DNA of 64,000 nucleotides. Origin: an uncultured Spirochaetota bacterium (GTDB lineage: Bacteria > Spirochaetota > Spirochaetia > SZUA-6 > Fen-1364). The position numbers and the translations under genes were made by a program. Positions within the stretch are counted from its first letter, which is position 1. Each line of letters starts with the position of its first letter. The stretch lies in NCBI GenBank assembly GCA_963734545.1, contig CAVTHO010000007.1, positions 800,001 to 864,000 on the forward strand, given 5' to 3'. Positions 9,789 through 21,305 of the stretch are shown here, one piece after another. A model generated the notes under the pieces. That model was not told where the DNA came from, ran no database searches, and saw nothing but the letters and a program-made list of their open reading frames with translations.

Positions 9789-9862
9789 TGGGCGGCGAGG
9801 GATTCGGACCCCCGACCTTCTGGGTGTAAACCAGACGCTCTAACCAGCTGAGCTAGCCGCCC
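9789..9862 (-). tRNA. tRNA-Val(TAC), no encoded CCA, atypical T-loop TCCGAAT
   Basis: Cloverleaf: GGGCGGC/GCCGCCC acceptor stem, GCTC/GAGC D-stem, TCTGG-TTTACAC-CCAGA anticodon arm. Confidence 0.95.
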
Positions 9863-9878
9863 GGGAAAAGCGCGGTTC

Positions 9879-9907
9879 AGAATAGTCGCGGGGACGTGCC
9901 CTGTCAA
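9879..9907 (-). promoter_or_regulatory. Sigma70-type promoter of tRNA-Val
   Basis: TTGACA-17 nt-TATTCT on the minus strand. Confidence 0.8.
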
Positions 9908-10065
9908 TGTTCGGCGCTTGGCAGCGCCATGAAATAGCGCAACAGAGCATCAGCCACATTGCGTTTTTAACAAAATTAGAAGTGCAGGCTCTAAATTCCG
10001 CGTTTTTGCCAATGCGGGCTGAGTCCTGGCTGAAATGAGGGCGCCGCGGGCGCGCGGCACAAGAT

Positions 10066-13000
10066 TCACAATAGGGCCGCGGCGCCCGCCAATCCGCCGG
10101 GCACAGCGGCGTGTTCCCTGCCCCACATAAACACCGGCGGCCTCTCCGGAGCCACCCGCCCATCCGCGCCCGCCGTGCGCACCGCTTCCGCCTCTCCCGG
10201 TTCCTCCGTCCTGCGGGAGACCGGCACGAGCTTTTCCACGCTGATGGCCAGTGCCCCCAGGTCATCCTCCACCTTGCCGTGGATGAGAAAGGCCCAGCCG
10301 TCGTCCAGCAGGGGGTAGAAGCGCTGGAACGCGTCCGGGAAAAGCACCGTCTCGAAAATGGCACAGCTCGTCCTCGAAGCTCACGAAGATCATGGGCTCG
10401 CGCTTCTTCGTGGCCACCTCTTTGCCCGTCACGAGGATGCCGGCCGTCCATACCCTCCGCCCCTGAACTCCGGGATCGCGGAGGAGCCGATGAAGGGCGA
10501 AAGGCGGTGACGTCTCACGATCCTGTCGATTCGCTGACGGAAGAGCTCCAGCGGATGCCGGGAGACCACGATGCCGAGTGTCTTCACCTCGTCAGCGAGC
10601 TTGACCCGGGCCGGGTAGTCCCCGATGAGCGGGGGGGCGGGCGGCAGGAAGCCCAGCCCGTCTTCCTTTCCCATGTTCAGCCAGCGAAAGAAAAGCTGGG
10701 GCCGCGTGTACCCGTCCGACACGGAGTCCAGCGCGCCGGACCGGATGAGGACGCGGATGTCCTCGAACCGGCACGGGGTGCGCCGCAGGAAGTCGCGGAA
10801 GCCGCGGAACGCTCCTCCCCGCTCGCGCTCCGCAATGATGGCCTCCACCAGCTCCTGCCGGGCGTCCTTGAGCTGGCCCAGGCCCACTCGCGGGCAGGCC
10901 TACCGCGGCCCGGATCGTCCTCCACCGTGTACTCCCACCTGCTGCTGTTCACGTCCGGCGGCAGGATGGGGAAGCCCATGCGGCGGCACTCGTCCACGTA
11001 GGTCTGCCGGCCGTAGAAGCCGCCGCCGTTGTTGATGACCGAGGCGATGAACTCCAGCGGGTAGAAGCGCTTGAGATACGCCACCCGGTAGGAGACCTGG
11101 GCGTAGGAGGCGCTGTGCGCCTTGCAGAAGGAGTAGCCGTCGAAGGAGAGGATCATGTCCCAGACCTTCACGATCGTCTCTTCCGGCACGCCGCGGGCCC
11201 GGGCGCCGCGGAAGAACCTCTCCCGGAAGTCGGGAAGCTTCAGGGCACGGTCCTTCTTGGAGAGGATCTTGCGCAGCCGGTCCGCCTCCTCGATGGGGAA
11301 TCCGGCCAGGTCGATGGCCACGCGTGAGACGTCCTCCTGGTAGACCATGACCCCGAAGGTCTCGGCGAGCGTCTTCTCGATGAGCGGGTGCAGCGGCCGG
11401 TAGGGAGCGCCGTGCAGGCGTTTGACGAAGGTGCGGATGTACTGGTTGGCCGCGGGGCGGATGATGGAGCTGGCGATGACGAGGTTCTCGTAGTCCCCCT
11501 TCTGCATCTTGGTCAGCAGCTGGCGGGTGGCCGGGAGACTCCACGTAGAAGACGCCGAGGGTCTTCCCGCCGGCGATCAGGTCCCGCGTATCAGGATCCG
11601 ACAGCGGGTCGAAGCTCTCCCACTCCAGCCTCACCGCCGTGGTTCCTCTCCACCAGCGCCAGGGTGTCCCGCAGGACGGCGAGGGACCTGTTTCCCAGCA
11701 GGTCGATCTTCACCAGCCCCGCCTCTTCCGTGGCGTCCTTCTCCCAGGCGATGACGGGGTAGCCCAGCGGCGAGATCTGCACGTGGGTGTAGTCCGTGAT
11801 GGGCCCCGGGGTGATGACCACCCCGCCGCAGTGCGTGCCGAGGTTGCGCGGGAAAGCCGCGGATGCGCGCCGCGGCCTCGCGGACGTACGGCGGGATGTC
11901 CTCGAACCGGCCCTGGCGGAAGGCGCGCACCAGCTCGCCGATCTCCTCCTCCGGCAGGCCCAGCGCCTTGGCCGGGTCCCGGAGCGCGGAGCGCGGGCCG
12001 AAGGTGACGTGGTTTGCCACCATGGCGGCGTGACCCGCGTACTTCTCGAAAACGTACTTCAGGGTCTTCTCCCGCTCGTCCCAGGGGAAGTCCACGTCGA
12101 TGTCCGGCGGGTCCTGCCTGCCCCTGTTGAGGAAGCGCTCGAAGAACAGGGTGTAGCGCAGCGGTTCCACGTGGGTGATGCCCAGGAGGTAGGAGACGAT
12201 GCTGGAGGCGGCGCTGCCCCGGCCGCAGGTCCGGGGGCACTGCTGCACGATGTCGCGCACCACGAGGAAGTAGGAGGCGAATCCCTTCTCCCGGATGATG
12301 GCAAGCTCGTAGTCCAGGCGCTCGCGGATGTCGGGCCGCATGCCGCCGTAGCGGCGCTGCACGCCCTCGTCGCAGAGCCGGACGAGCATGCGGAAGGTCT
12401 CCTCCTCCGCGAGTCCCTCGAAGGCCGGAAAGACGTAGTGCGGGCTGATGATGCCGGTGGCATCCGCCTGCCTCGGCTATTTCTTCCGTGTTGGCAAGCG
12501 CCTCCGGCACGGCGGAGAAGAACCTCTCCAGGGCCTCGGGCTCCACGAAAGTGCAGGGCTGCACGCGATCTGCAGCGGCTCCTCCTCTGCGGCACGCGCT
12601 CCAGGGTCGTGTTCAGGTCGATGGCCCGCAGCAGCGGGTACAATCGCTCATCAGATTCGTTCAGGAACACCGTGTCGTGCACCGCGGCAGTGGGCAGGCC
12701 GCGGTCCGGCGCAAAGCCCGCCAGGGCGGAGAACGGCCGGCCGTAGCTGAGCTGGACGTACAGGCCCCGCCTTTCCCGTTCCGCGAGGCGCTCGATGACG
12801 TCTCGATGCGGGGAGAGAAGGGAGAGCCCTTCCCATCCCCGTTCCCCCAACGCGCGACACCGGGTCGTATGTCCCCGCACGGGTCCGTCAGCAGCTCCGT
12901 GAGCACCCGGCAGATCCTGCTGAACCCCTCCCGGTTCATCACGTAGGCGGTGAACAGCGCCCGGCCGCTTCTTCTCCACGACAACCCCCACCACGGGCCG

Positions 13001-13178
13001 TACGCCCTCCCTGCCCGCGGCAAGGAGGAAGCTGATGAGACCGTAGAAGTTGTTGATATCGGCCATTCCCACGGTCGGAGATGCCGCGTTCCCTGGCAAA
13101 ACGGCAGATCTCCTCCGGCGAACGGCAGCCACGGAGAAGAGAATAGTTCGAGCGGAAGTGCAGGTAGGTGATACCCAT
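10066..13178 (-). CDS. dnaE: DNA polymerase III alpha subunit, DnaE2-like; several apparent frameshifts
   Basis: Pieces: YLHFRSNYSLLRG (PHP start), GRGSAASS, LFFERFLN..PPDIDVDF, GLVKIDLLGNRSL, ETFGVMVYQE, YSFCKAHSASYA, C-terminal OB-fold. Confidence 0.9.
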
Positions 13179-13205
13179 ATACTATACAACTGTATAGTAT
13201 ATGGG
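13174..13205. promoter_or_regulatory. Perfect 15-bp inverted repeat overlapping the dnaE start; operator candidate
   Basis: cccatatactataca-ac-tgtatagtatatggg. Confidence 0.7.
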
Positions 13206-13209
13206 CAGG

Positions 13210-13243
13210 AAAAACAAGCCGGGTTTTTCGGCCCGGCCGGCTT
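13210..13243 (-). terminator. Rho-independent terminator after ald
   Basis: Minus strand gccggg-ccgaaaaa-cccggc followed by ttgttttt. Confidence 0.65.
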
Positions 13244-14353
13244 CTAAACCTTGTACTCCGTGTACGGCAGGCCGCAGCTCTTGGCCACGCCGGGGTGGAC
13301 GCACGTGCCGTCGATCGTGTTGACGCCGCGCCGGAGGGCCTCGTTGGCCTCGCGCGGCCGCCTGCAGTCCCTGGTTCGCGATCTGGAGCCCGTACGGGAG
13401 GGTCACGCTGGTCAGGGCGATGGTGGAGGAGCGCGCGACGGCTCCGGGCATGTTGGCCACGCAGTAGTGCACGACGTTGTCCACGATGTAGATGGGGTCG
13501 TCGTGCGTGGTGGGCCGCGAGGTCTCCGCGCACCCGCCCTGGTCGATGGCCACGTCCACGATCACCGCGCCGTGCTGCATGATCGACAGGTGCTGGCGCG
13601 TGATGAGCCGCGGGGCGGTCTCCCCGGCGACGAGCACGGCGCCGATCACGATGTCGGATTCCTGGAGCACGTACTCGATGTTCGCCTCGGTGGCATACAG
13701 GGTGGTGATCGAGCTGCCGAAGATGTCGTCCAGGTAGGCGAGCCTCTTGGCGTTGATGTCGAGGACCGTGACGTTCGCCCCGATGCCCACGGCGATCTTG
13801 CAGGCGTTGGTGCCGACCACGCCGCCGCCCAGGATTCCCACCTTGCCGCGCTGGACGCCGGGCACCCCTCCGAGCAGGATTCCCCTGCCGCCGAACTCCT
13901 TTTCCAGGTACTTCGCGCCCTCCTGTACGGAAAGCCGGCCGGCGATCTCGCTCATGGGCGTGAGGCACGGCAAGTGAACGGTCGGGAAGCTCGATGGTCT
14001 CGTAGGCGACGCCGGCGACCTTCTTCTGGATGAGCTCGTTGGCGAGATCCTTGCTCGCGGCGAGGTGGAGGTATGTGAAGAGAATCTGGCCCTGGTGGAA
14101 CAGGGAGTACTCCTCCGGCAGCGGCTCTTTCACCTTCACGATCATCTCCGACTGTTGAAAAGCTCCGCCTTGTCCGCGACCATCTGCGCCCCCGCGCCCG
14201 TGTACTCAGCGTCCTCGTAGCCCGACCCGACGCCCGGCGCCTTTCTCCACGAGGACCTGGTGACCGCTCTTCACGTACGCTTTCACCGAATGCGGGGTCA
14301 TGCCCACGCGGTATTCGTGCCGTCTTGATTTCCTTGGGAACGCCGATCTTCAT
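13244..14353 (-). CDS. ald: Alanine dehydrogenase (apparent frameshifts)
   Basis: [68 protein letters not shown]. Confidence 0.95.
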
Positions 14354-14432
14354 GAGATTCTCCTTTGCCCCACTCTACTTCATGCCTTGACGTGAATCCA
14401 TAGGAATGTTGATCTTCAGGTTGAGAGCAAGG

Positions 14433-15732
14433 ATGAGACTACGGACGTACATCCCCGCAATTCTATTCGCGGGGCTCATTTTTATTCAGCCCGTTTTCTC
14501 GCAGACACGCCCCGTCATTCAAACGTTTCCCGAGCTGGTCCCCCTGCCCTCTCAGCCAGCAGCTCTCCACGATGCGTGAGCCATTGCCCGTGGAGACGAT
14601 CGTGGATGCGGCCCTCGAGTTCTCCGGCGCCTCGGACGCGAGCGCGGCCGCGGCAAAGGACAAGCTGGTCGGGCTCCTGCGCAAGTTCCGCGACGAGGTC
14701 GCCGACGTGACGGAGCAGGCCGCGCTCGCCGAGAAGGCGCTCGTGTTCCTGCACAAGAATCTCCTCACCACGTACTCGGTGCTCCAGACGCGCGTCGATA
14801 CTGCCCTGGACACGGGCGTCTTCAACTGCGTGTCATCCGCGGTGCTCTACATGATCGTTGCCCGGTCCGTCGGCTTGTCCGTGAGCGGCGTACGCACGAC
14901 CGACCACGCGTTCTGCACCGTGCTGGTCAACGGTCAGCAGGTGGATGTGGAGACCACGAATCCTGACGGCTTCAATCCCGGCGCAAAGAAGGAGTTCACC
15001 GACTCCTTCGGCAAGATCACGGGATTCCGCTATGTGCCGCCGGGGAACTACGGAGATCGTCGCACCATCGGGGAAAAGGAGCTGCTCAGCCTCATCCTGT
15101 ACAACCGGGTCTCCGAGTACGGCGATTCCCGGTTTTTCCAGGACGCCCTGCAGCCTGCCGTGAGCGCCTACGCGCTCATCGGATCCGAGGAAATGCGCGG
15201 GGTGATGGGGATCGCTTTCAGCAACTACGTCACCTCGCTCGGCGTCCGCCAGGACTATTCGCAGGCCGTTCAGTTCATGGACGCGGTGAAGGCCTCTTTC
15301 GGCGGGATCGTGGATCTCGACCAGCCCCGGCGCGACATGTATCACAACTGGGTCGTGAGCCTGATCGACGCGAACGCGATCCTCGACGCCGATGCGCTCC
15401 TGTCCCAGCCCGGCACCAGGGCAGCGCTCGATGAAGCTGACTGGACCAACCTCTCCGTGGTGGTGGTGCAGCAGCGCGCCCAGTCGGAAGTGGAGATCGG
15501 CGGCTTCCTTGCAGCGGCAGGCATCGTGACAGAAGCAATGGCGCGCCTGGGACGGGTCCAGCCGCTTCTCCAGACCTACGAAGCCTACATGCACAACGCG
15601 TTCGCCCAGTTGTTCAATGCGCGCAAGATCGCAAATGCAAAGACCGTCATCGACCAGGGAATTGCCGCCTATCCCGACAGCCGGTTGTTCCAGCAGGACC
15701 TCGAGCTGCTCAGGAAAGCACCGCGCCAATGA
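14433..15732 (+). CDS. Exported transglutaminase-like/TPR protein (frameshift near 14545)
   Basis: Signal peptide MRLRTYIPAILFAGLIFIQPVFSQ from ATG 14433; motifs GVFNCVSSAVLY, TDHAF, VDVETT; helical C-terminus. Confidence 0.65.
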
Positions 15733-16868
15733 AAATCGGCATGATCGGCGCGGGGGCCTGGGGCACGGCTATCGCCAAGGTGCTGGCGGAAAGAGGATTC
15801 CCCGTCGACATGTGGTGCTTCGAGCAGGAGCTCGTCGCGGAGATCAACTCCACCCACACCAACGCGCGGTATCTGCCCGACGTCGCTCTCCCTCCCCTGC
15901 TTCGCGCCACGGCCGACATGCAGGAGGCTGCCGAGGGCGCGGATCACCTCTTCATCGCCATTCCCTCCTTGTTCCTCCTGTCCAATATCAAGAAGATCCT
16001 TGGATGCACGAGCATCCGGGAAGGCCGAACGATGATCTCCGTCCTCACAAAAGGATTCATCGAGAGCCCGAACGGCGGCATACGTCTCATCACGGAGGCG
16101 CTGGAGGACTACCTTCCGGGGATGTACAGGGGCAAGCTCGTCTATGTATCAGGTCCCAGTCACGCAATCGAGGTTTCCCAGGGAAAGATCACGGGTCTCA
16201 TCAGCGCTTCGCGGAGCGGCCGCAACTCGATCCGGGTCCGGGAGCTGCTCGCCGGCGGCGCACTGGTTGTATTCTCGTCCCTCGACGTGAGGGGCGTGCA
16301 GATCAGCGCCGCTCTGAAGAATGTCGTCGCGCTGGCTTTCGGCATGCTCGACGCATTGAAGGAATCCTCGGATCAGTTCGGCGACAACACGGAATCGCTG
16401 CTCCTGGCCGCGGGCTTGAACGAGATCCAGGTGCTCGGCCGGGCAATGGGAGCCACGCATCCCGAGACCTTCACCTCCATCGCAGGAGTCGGGGACCTGG
16501 ATGTCACCTGCCGCAGCGTGCACGGCAGGAACAGGCGTTTCGGCCGGGAGATCATACTGAAGAGGCTCATCGAGGATTGCGCGTCCATTGACGAGGTGAT
16601 TGCCCGGCAGCCCCGCTACGGCTATATCGCGGAAGGGGTCGTCACCGCCAAGTGGGTGAACGCAGTCGCGGCGCAGAGAAAGCTGTCACTGCCGATTGCC
16701 GGCGGCGTCTATCGCATCCTCAACAGGGAAGTGGACCCTCTCGTCGAAGTCCAGAGCATGCTCGAGCGCATCGTGACGAGGTCCCGCGCGGGAAGGCGCG
16801 CGCGCGGCCCCTCCGCTATCCTGCGTGGTACCGCTGAATGGGCTTCACGCCTAGCTCACCGCGGATAA
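15729..16868 (+). CDS. gpsA: NAD(P)H-dependent glycerol-3-phosphate dehydrogenase
   Basis: GAGAWGTA, LTKG, SGPSHA, ALKNVVA, GVGDLDVTC, RNRRFG, AEGV. Confidence 0.95.
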   Translation: MKIGMIGAGAWGTAIAKVLAERGFPVDMWCFEQELVAEINSTHTNARYLPDVALPPLLRATADMQEAAEGADHLFIAIPSLFLLSNIKKILGCTSIREGRTMISVLTKGFIESPNGGIRLITEALEDYLPGMYRGKLVYVSGPSHAIEVSQGKITGLISASRSGRNSIRVRELLAGGALVVFSSLDVRGVQISAALKNVVALAFGMLDALKESSDQFGDNTESLLLAAGLNEIQVLGRAMGATHPETFTSIAGVGDLDVTCRSVHGRNRRFGREIILKRLIEDCASIDEVIARQPRYGYIAEGVVTAKWVNAVAAQRKLSLPIAGGVYRILNREVDPLVEVQSMLERIVTRSRAGRRARGPSAILRGTAEWASRLAHRG

Positions 16869-19800
16869 GCGCGCGGATGCCCTGGACGTAGGCGTCGGCG
16901 CCGGGCATCGTCGTCACCACCGGAATGCCGCGGCTGTTCGCCATCGCCCGGATGGGGATTTCGTCCTTGCGGGGGCCCTTGCCCGAAGGCGTGTTGAGGA
17001 TGAGCTGAATCCGGCCCTCGCGGATGCGATCCAGCAGATCAGGGGCGCCTTCGCTCACCCGCCTGACCACTTCGGCAGGAATGCCGTTGGTCTTCAGGAA
17101 CGCGGCAGTGCCCGCCGTGGACATAAGGGAGAAGCCGAGCTCGTGCAGCTGGTGGGCAATCGAAACGGCGAGCTGCGTCTTGTCGCTGTCTTTCACGCTG
17201 ATGAACACGGTGCCGGCAACGGGCACATCCTGGAGCGCCCCGAGCTGGCTCTTGCAGTAGGCCCGGCCGAAGTCCGTGTCGATTCCCATCACCTCCCCGT
17301 TGATTTCATCTCGGGCCCGAGGATGATGTCCACGCCGGGAAACTTGGCAAACGGCAGGACCGACTCCTTGACGCAGATGTGCTTCGGCGAGACCTCTTTC
17401 GTGAATCCGATCTCCTGCAGGGTCATCCCGGCCATGACCTTTGCCGCGATCTTGGCCAGGGGCACCCCGATGGCCTTGGAGACGAACGGCACGGTGCGCG
17501 AGGCCCGGGGATTCACCTCGATGATGTACAGCTCCTTGCCCTTCACCGCGTACTGGACGTTCATCAGGCCGACGACGTGCAGCTCCTGGGAAAGAAGGCG
17601 CGTATAGCGGCGGATCTCCTCCATCATCCAGTGCGGGAGCGTGTGGGCGGGAAGGACCATGGCCGCGTCTCCCGAATGGACCCCCGCCTCCTCGATGTGC
17701 TCCATGATGCCGCCGATGACCGACGTGTCGCCCGTCGGACACCATGTCCACGTCCACCTCGATGGCGTCCTCGATGAACCTGTCGATCAGCACGGGGCGT
17801 TCCGGCGAGGCCCAGACGGCGCGCTCCATGTAGTGGGTCAGGCTCGCGTCGTCGTAGACGATCTCCATGGCCCGCCCGCCCAGCACGTAGCTGGGCCGCA
17901 CGAGCACCGGATAGCCGATGCGGTGCGCAGCGGAGAGGGCCTCCGCCTCGTTCACCGCGATCCCGTTCTCCGGCTGGCGGAGCCCGAGCTTCCTCACCAG
18001 CTCAGCGAATCGCTTCCTGTCCTCCGCCCTGTCAATGGAGTCCGGGCTGGTGCCGATGATCGGCACCCCCGCCTTCTCCAGGCCGACAGCCAGCGTGAGA
18101 GGCGTCTGACCGCCGAGCTGCACGATCACCCCGTCAGGCTTTTCCCGGTCCACGATGGCCAGCACGTCCTCGCGCGTCAGCGGCTCGAAATAGAGCTTGT
18201 CGGAGGTGTCGTAGTCCGTGGAGACCGTCTCGGGATTCGAGTTCACCATGATGGTCTCACAACCGATTTCGCGCAGGGCGAACGCGGCGTGCACGCAGCA
18301 GTAGTCGAACTCGATTCCCTGCCCGATCCGGTTCGGCCCGCCGCCGAGGATCATGATCTTCCTGCGCGTGGAAGGGCGCGCCTCGTCCTCCGCGTCGTAG
18401 GTTGAATAGAAGTAGGGAGTGTACGCCTCGAACTCGGCCGCGCAGGTGTCCACCAGCTTGTAGGCAGGCGTGATGCCCTTGCGGGCCCGCAGGGCGCGCA
18501 CCCCTTCTTCGTCCATCCCGAGCCGGCCGGCGACCTGTATGTCGCTGAATCCCATCTGCTTGGCGCGGCGCAGGTTGGCTTCCGAGATGGTGGGCTCGAA
18601 ATCGACGATTTCCTTCATGTTGGAAAGGAACCAGGGATCGATGCGGGTCAGCTCGTGAAGCTTCTCCACCGACCATCCGCGGCACAAAGCCTCGTAGACG
18701 TAGAATGGTCTCTCCGCGATCCCGCCGGGTGAGCAGCTCCGCAAGACGTTCCTCCGTCTCTCCCGGAGCGCCGGTCAGGCCGGGGCGCTTGATCTCCAGC
18801 CCGCGGAGGCCCTTCTGGAAAGCCTCCTTGAACGTGCGGCCGATGGCCATCACCTCGCCCACCGACTTCATTTGAATGGTAAGCGTGGGATCGGCGGAAG
18901 GGAACTTCTCGAACGCGAAACGAGGGATCTTCACCACGCAGTAATCAATGGAAGGCTCGTAGGAAGCCGGTGTGCTCCGCGTAATGTCGTTGGGAATCTC
19001 GTCCAGCGTATATCCGACGGCGAGCTTGGCCGCAATCTTGGCGATGGGAAAACCGGTGGCCTTCGAGGCAAGGGCCGAGGAACGTGAAACACGCGGGTTC
19101 ATCTCTATGACCACCATCCTCCCGGTCTCCGGGTGAACGGCAAACTGGATGTTGGACCCGCCGGTCTCCACGCCGATCTCGCGGATACAGGCAATGGAGG
19201 CGTCGCGCATGCGTTGGTATTCCCTGTCAGTCAGGGTCTGGGCCGGGGCAACCGTGATCGAGTCACCCGTGTGCACACCCATGGGATCCAGGTTTTCGAT
19301 GGAGCAGACGACCACGACGTTATCCCGCCGGTCCCGCATCACCTCCAGCTCGAACTCCTTCCACCCCTCGATCGATTCCTCGATCAGGATCTCCGAGATC
19401 ATGCTCGCGTCCAGCCCGCGGCCGGCCATGTCTTCGAATCTTCCCGGGTCAGAGACGATTGCGCCGCCCGAGCCCCCGAGTGTGAACGAAGGACGGATGA
19501 TGAGGGGGAAGCCGATGGCCTCTGCAATGTCCTTCGCCTCGTTGAGGGAATGGGCAAGACCGCTGCGGGGCACCTCGAGTCCGATGCCCTCCATGGCTTC
19601 CTTGAAGAGCTTTCGGTCCTCCGCTTTCCGAATAGCTGCACGGTCTGCGCCGATCATGCGCACGCCGAACCTGTCCAGTATGCCCTTCTCCGCGAGCTGG
19701 ATGGCGATATTCAAGCCTGTCTGCCCGCCCAGGGTGGGCAGGAGCGCATCCGGCCTTTCCGCCTCGATGATCTTCTCCAGCATGGGCACCGTGATCGGCT

Positions 19801-19999
19801 CGATGTAGGTGGCGTCCGCCATTTCGGGGTCGGTCATGATGGTGGCGGGATTGGAGTTCACGAGGACGACCCGAAAACCCTCTTCTCGCAGCGCCTTGCA
19901 GGCCTGGGTGCCCGAGTAGTCGAACTCGCACGCCTGGCCGATCACGATCGGTCCCGTGCCTATGATGAGGATCGAGTGGATGTCCGTCCGTTTTGGCAC
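16816..19999 (-). CDS. carB: Carbamoyl-phosphate synthase large subunit (about 3 apparent frameshifts)
   Basis: [54 protein letters not shown]-terminal MGS domain. Confidence 0.97.
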
Positions 20000-20003
20000 C
20001 GGC

Positions 20004-21134
20004 TCAATCCTTCCGTGTCGCCGCGGCCGACGGCTTTTCGTCCATCATTTGCGTGAACCGGGAAAACAGGTACCGCGACTCGTGTGGACCCGGGCTCGCC
20101 TCGGGGTGATACTGGACGCTGAAAAAAGACATCGCACGGTTCTCCAGTCCTTCCGCCGTGCCGTCGTACAGATTCACGTGGGTCATGCGGGTCCCCGCGT
20201 GCGCAAGAGAATCCATGTCCACGTTGAATCCATGATTCTGGGAGGTGATGGCGATCCGACCGGTTGACAGGTCCTTCACCGGATGGTTGGCCCCGTGGTG
20301 GCCGAACTTCAGCTTGAAGGTGCGTCCGCCAAGGGCGAGTCCCAGAATCTGCTGCCCCAGGCAGATGCCGAAAATGGGAAGCTTGCCGAGCAGGTCACGC
20401 GCCGTCTCGATGGCGTAGGAGACCGGCTCGGGATCGCCGGGCCCGTTGGAAAGCACGAGCCCGTCCGCGCCCAGCTCGAGAATCCCCCGGGCGCCGGTGT
20501 CGGCAGGCACGACTGTTACCCTGCTGCCCTCGGTGACCAGATGCCTGAGGATATTTCGCTTGACCCCGCAGTCCAGCACCACCACGTGCCGGAGAGGCTT
20601 CGGCACAAGGGCACCGGGCAGGCCCTCCGTCCATTCATAGGCCGAGGGGCATGTCACTTCCTTCACCAGATCGATCCCGACGATGCGGGGAGCCGCGGCG
20701 AGCTTCTTTTCGAGAGATTTTCCGTCCAGGTCGGCGCTGGAGATGATGCCGTGCCTGGCGCCTTCGATCCTCAAGTGACGTGTCAGCGCCCGGGTGTCGA
20801 TGCCCTGGATGCCCACAACGCCCTGAGCGGCAAGCCAGGAATCAAGGTCCTCGGTGGACCGCCAGTTGGACCTGCGCTTGCTTGCCTCCCGGACCACGAA
20901 TCCCGACAACCAGGTGCCTCGGGACTCGTTGTCGCCCGGCACGATGCCATAGTTCCCGATCAGGGGATAAGTCATGGTGACGATCTGGCCGCGATAGGAG
21001 GGATCGGTGAGAACTTCCTGGTAACCCGTGATCGACGTGTTGAAAACGACTTCCCCGCACGCCTCGCCCCGCGCGCCGAGCGCTTCCCCTTCGAAAATCA
21101 GCCCGTCTTCAAGCAGCAGTACAGCTCTTTCCAC
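20004..21134 (-). CDS. carA: Carbamoyl-phosphate synthase small subunit
   Basis: [41 protein letters not shown]. Confidence 0.97.
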   Translation of the reverse strand: MERAVLLLEDGLIFEGEALGARGEACGEVVFNTSITGYQEVLTDPSYRGQIVTMTYPLIGNYGIVPGDNESRGTWLSGFVVREASKRRSNWRSTEDLDSWLAAQGVVGIQGIDTRALTRHLRIEGARHGIISSADLDGKSLEKKLAAAPRIVGIDLVKEVTCPSAYEWTEGLPGALVPKPLRHVVVLDCGVKRNILRHLVTEGSRVTVVPADTGARGILELGADGLVLSNGPGDPEPVSYAIETARDLLGKLPIFGICLGQQILGLALGGRTFKLKFGHHGANHPVKDLSTGRIAITSQNHGFNVDMDSLAHAGTRMTHVNLYDGTAEGLENRAMSFFSVQYHPEASPGPHESRYLFSRFTQMMDEKPSAAATRKD

Positions 21135-21149
21135 GTCTCTCCGTATTTT

Positions 21150-21208
21150 CCTGCATACTTATGCAATTCAAGTTGCCCCAAGTTATCGACGCCGTCCCCC
21201 TCTGTCAA
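21150..21208 (-). promoter_or_regulatory. carAB promoter with ARG-box-like palindrome
   Basis: TTGACA(21208-21203)-17 nt-TAACTT(21185-21180); downstream TGCATAAGTATGCA (21165-21152). Confidence 0.7.
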
Positions 21209-21305
21209 GGCAGCCACTGTACTCAGTGGCATTCACTAGCAGCCACGGTAATCCGCGGCATTCCCCAGTCGACACCGTCCGGTATAGAGTACGCGCGAAG
21301 CTGTC

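Noticed and set aside
16816-16868. 53-nt convergent overlap of gpsA and carB as antisense regulation
   Set aside because: Most simply a non-conserved gpsA tail in GC-rich DNA with few stop codons.
10066-19999. Frameshifts in dnaE, ald and carB (also iorA, ABC ATPase, priA, cdaA, folP, ROK) as pseudogenes or programmed frameshifting
   Set aside because: The indels are scattered, often in homopolymer or GC runs, and hit conserved genes whose motifs are otherwise intact. This fits uncorrected long-read error.
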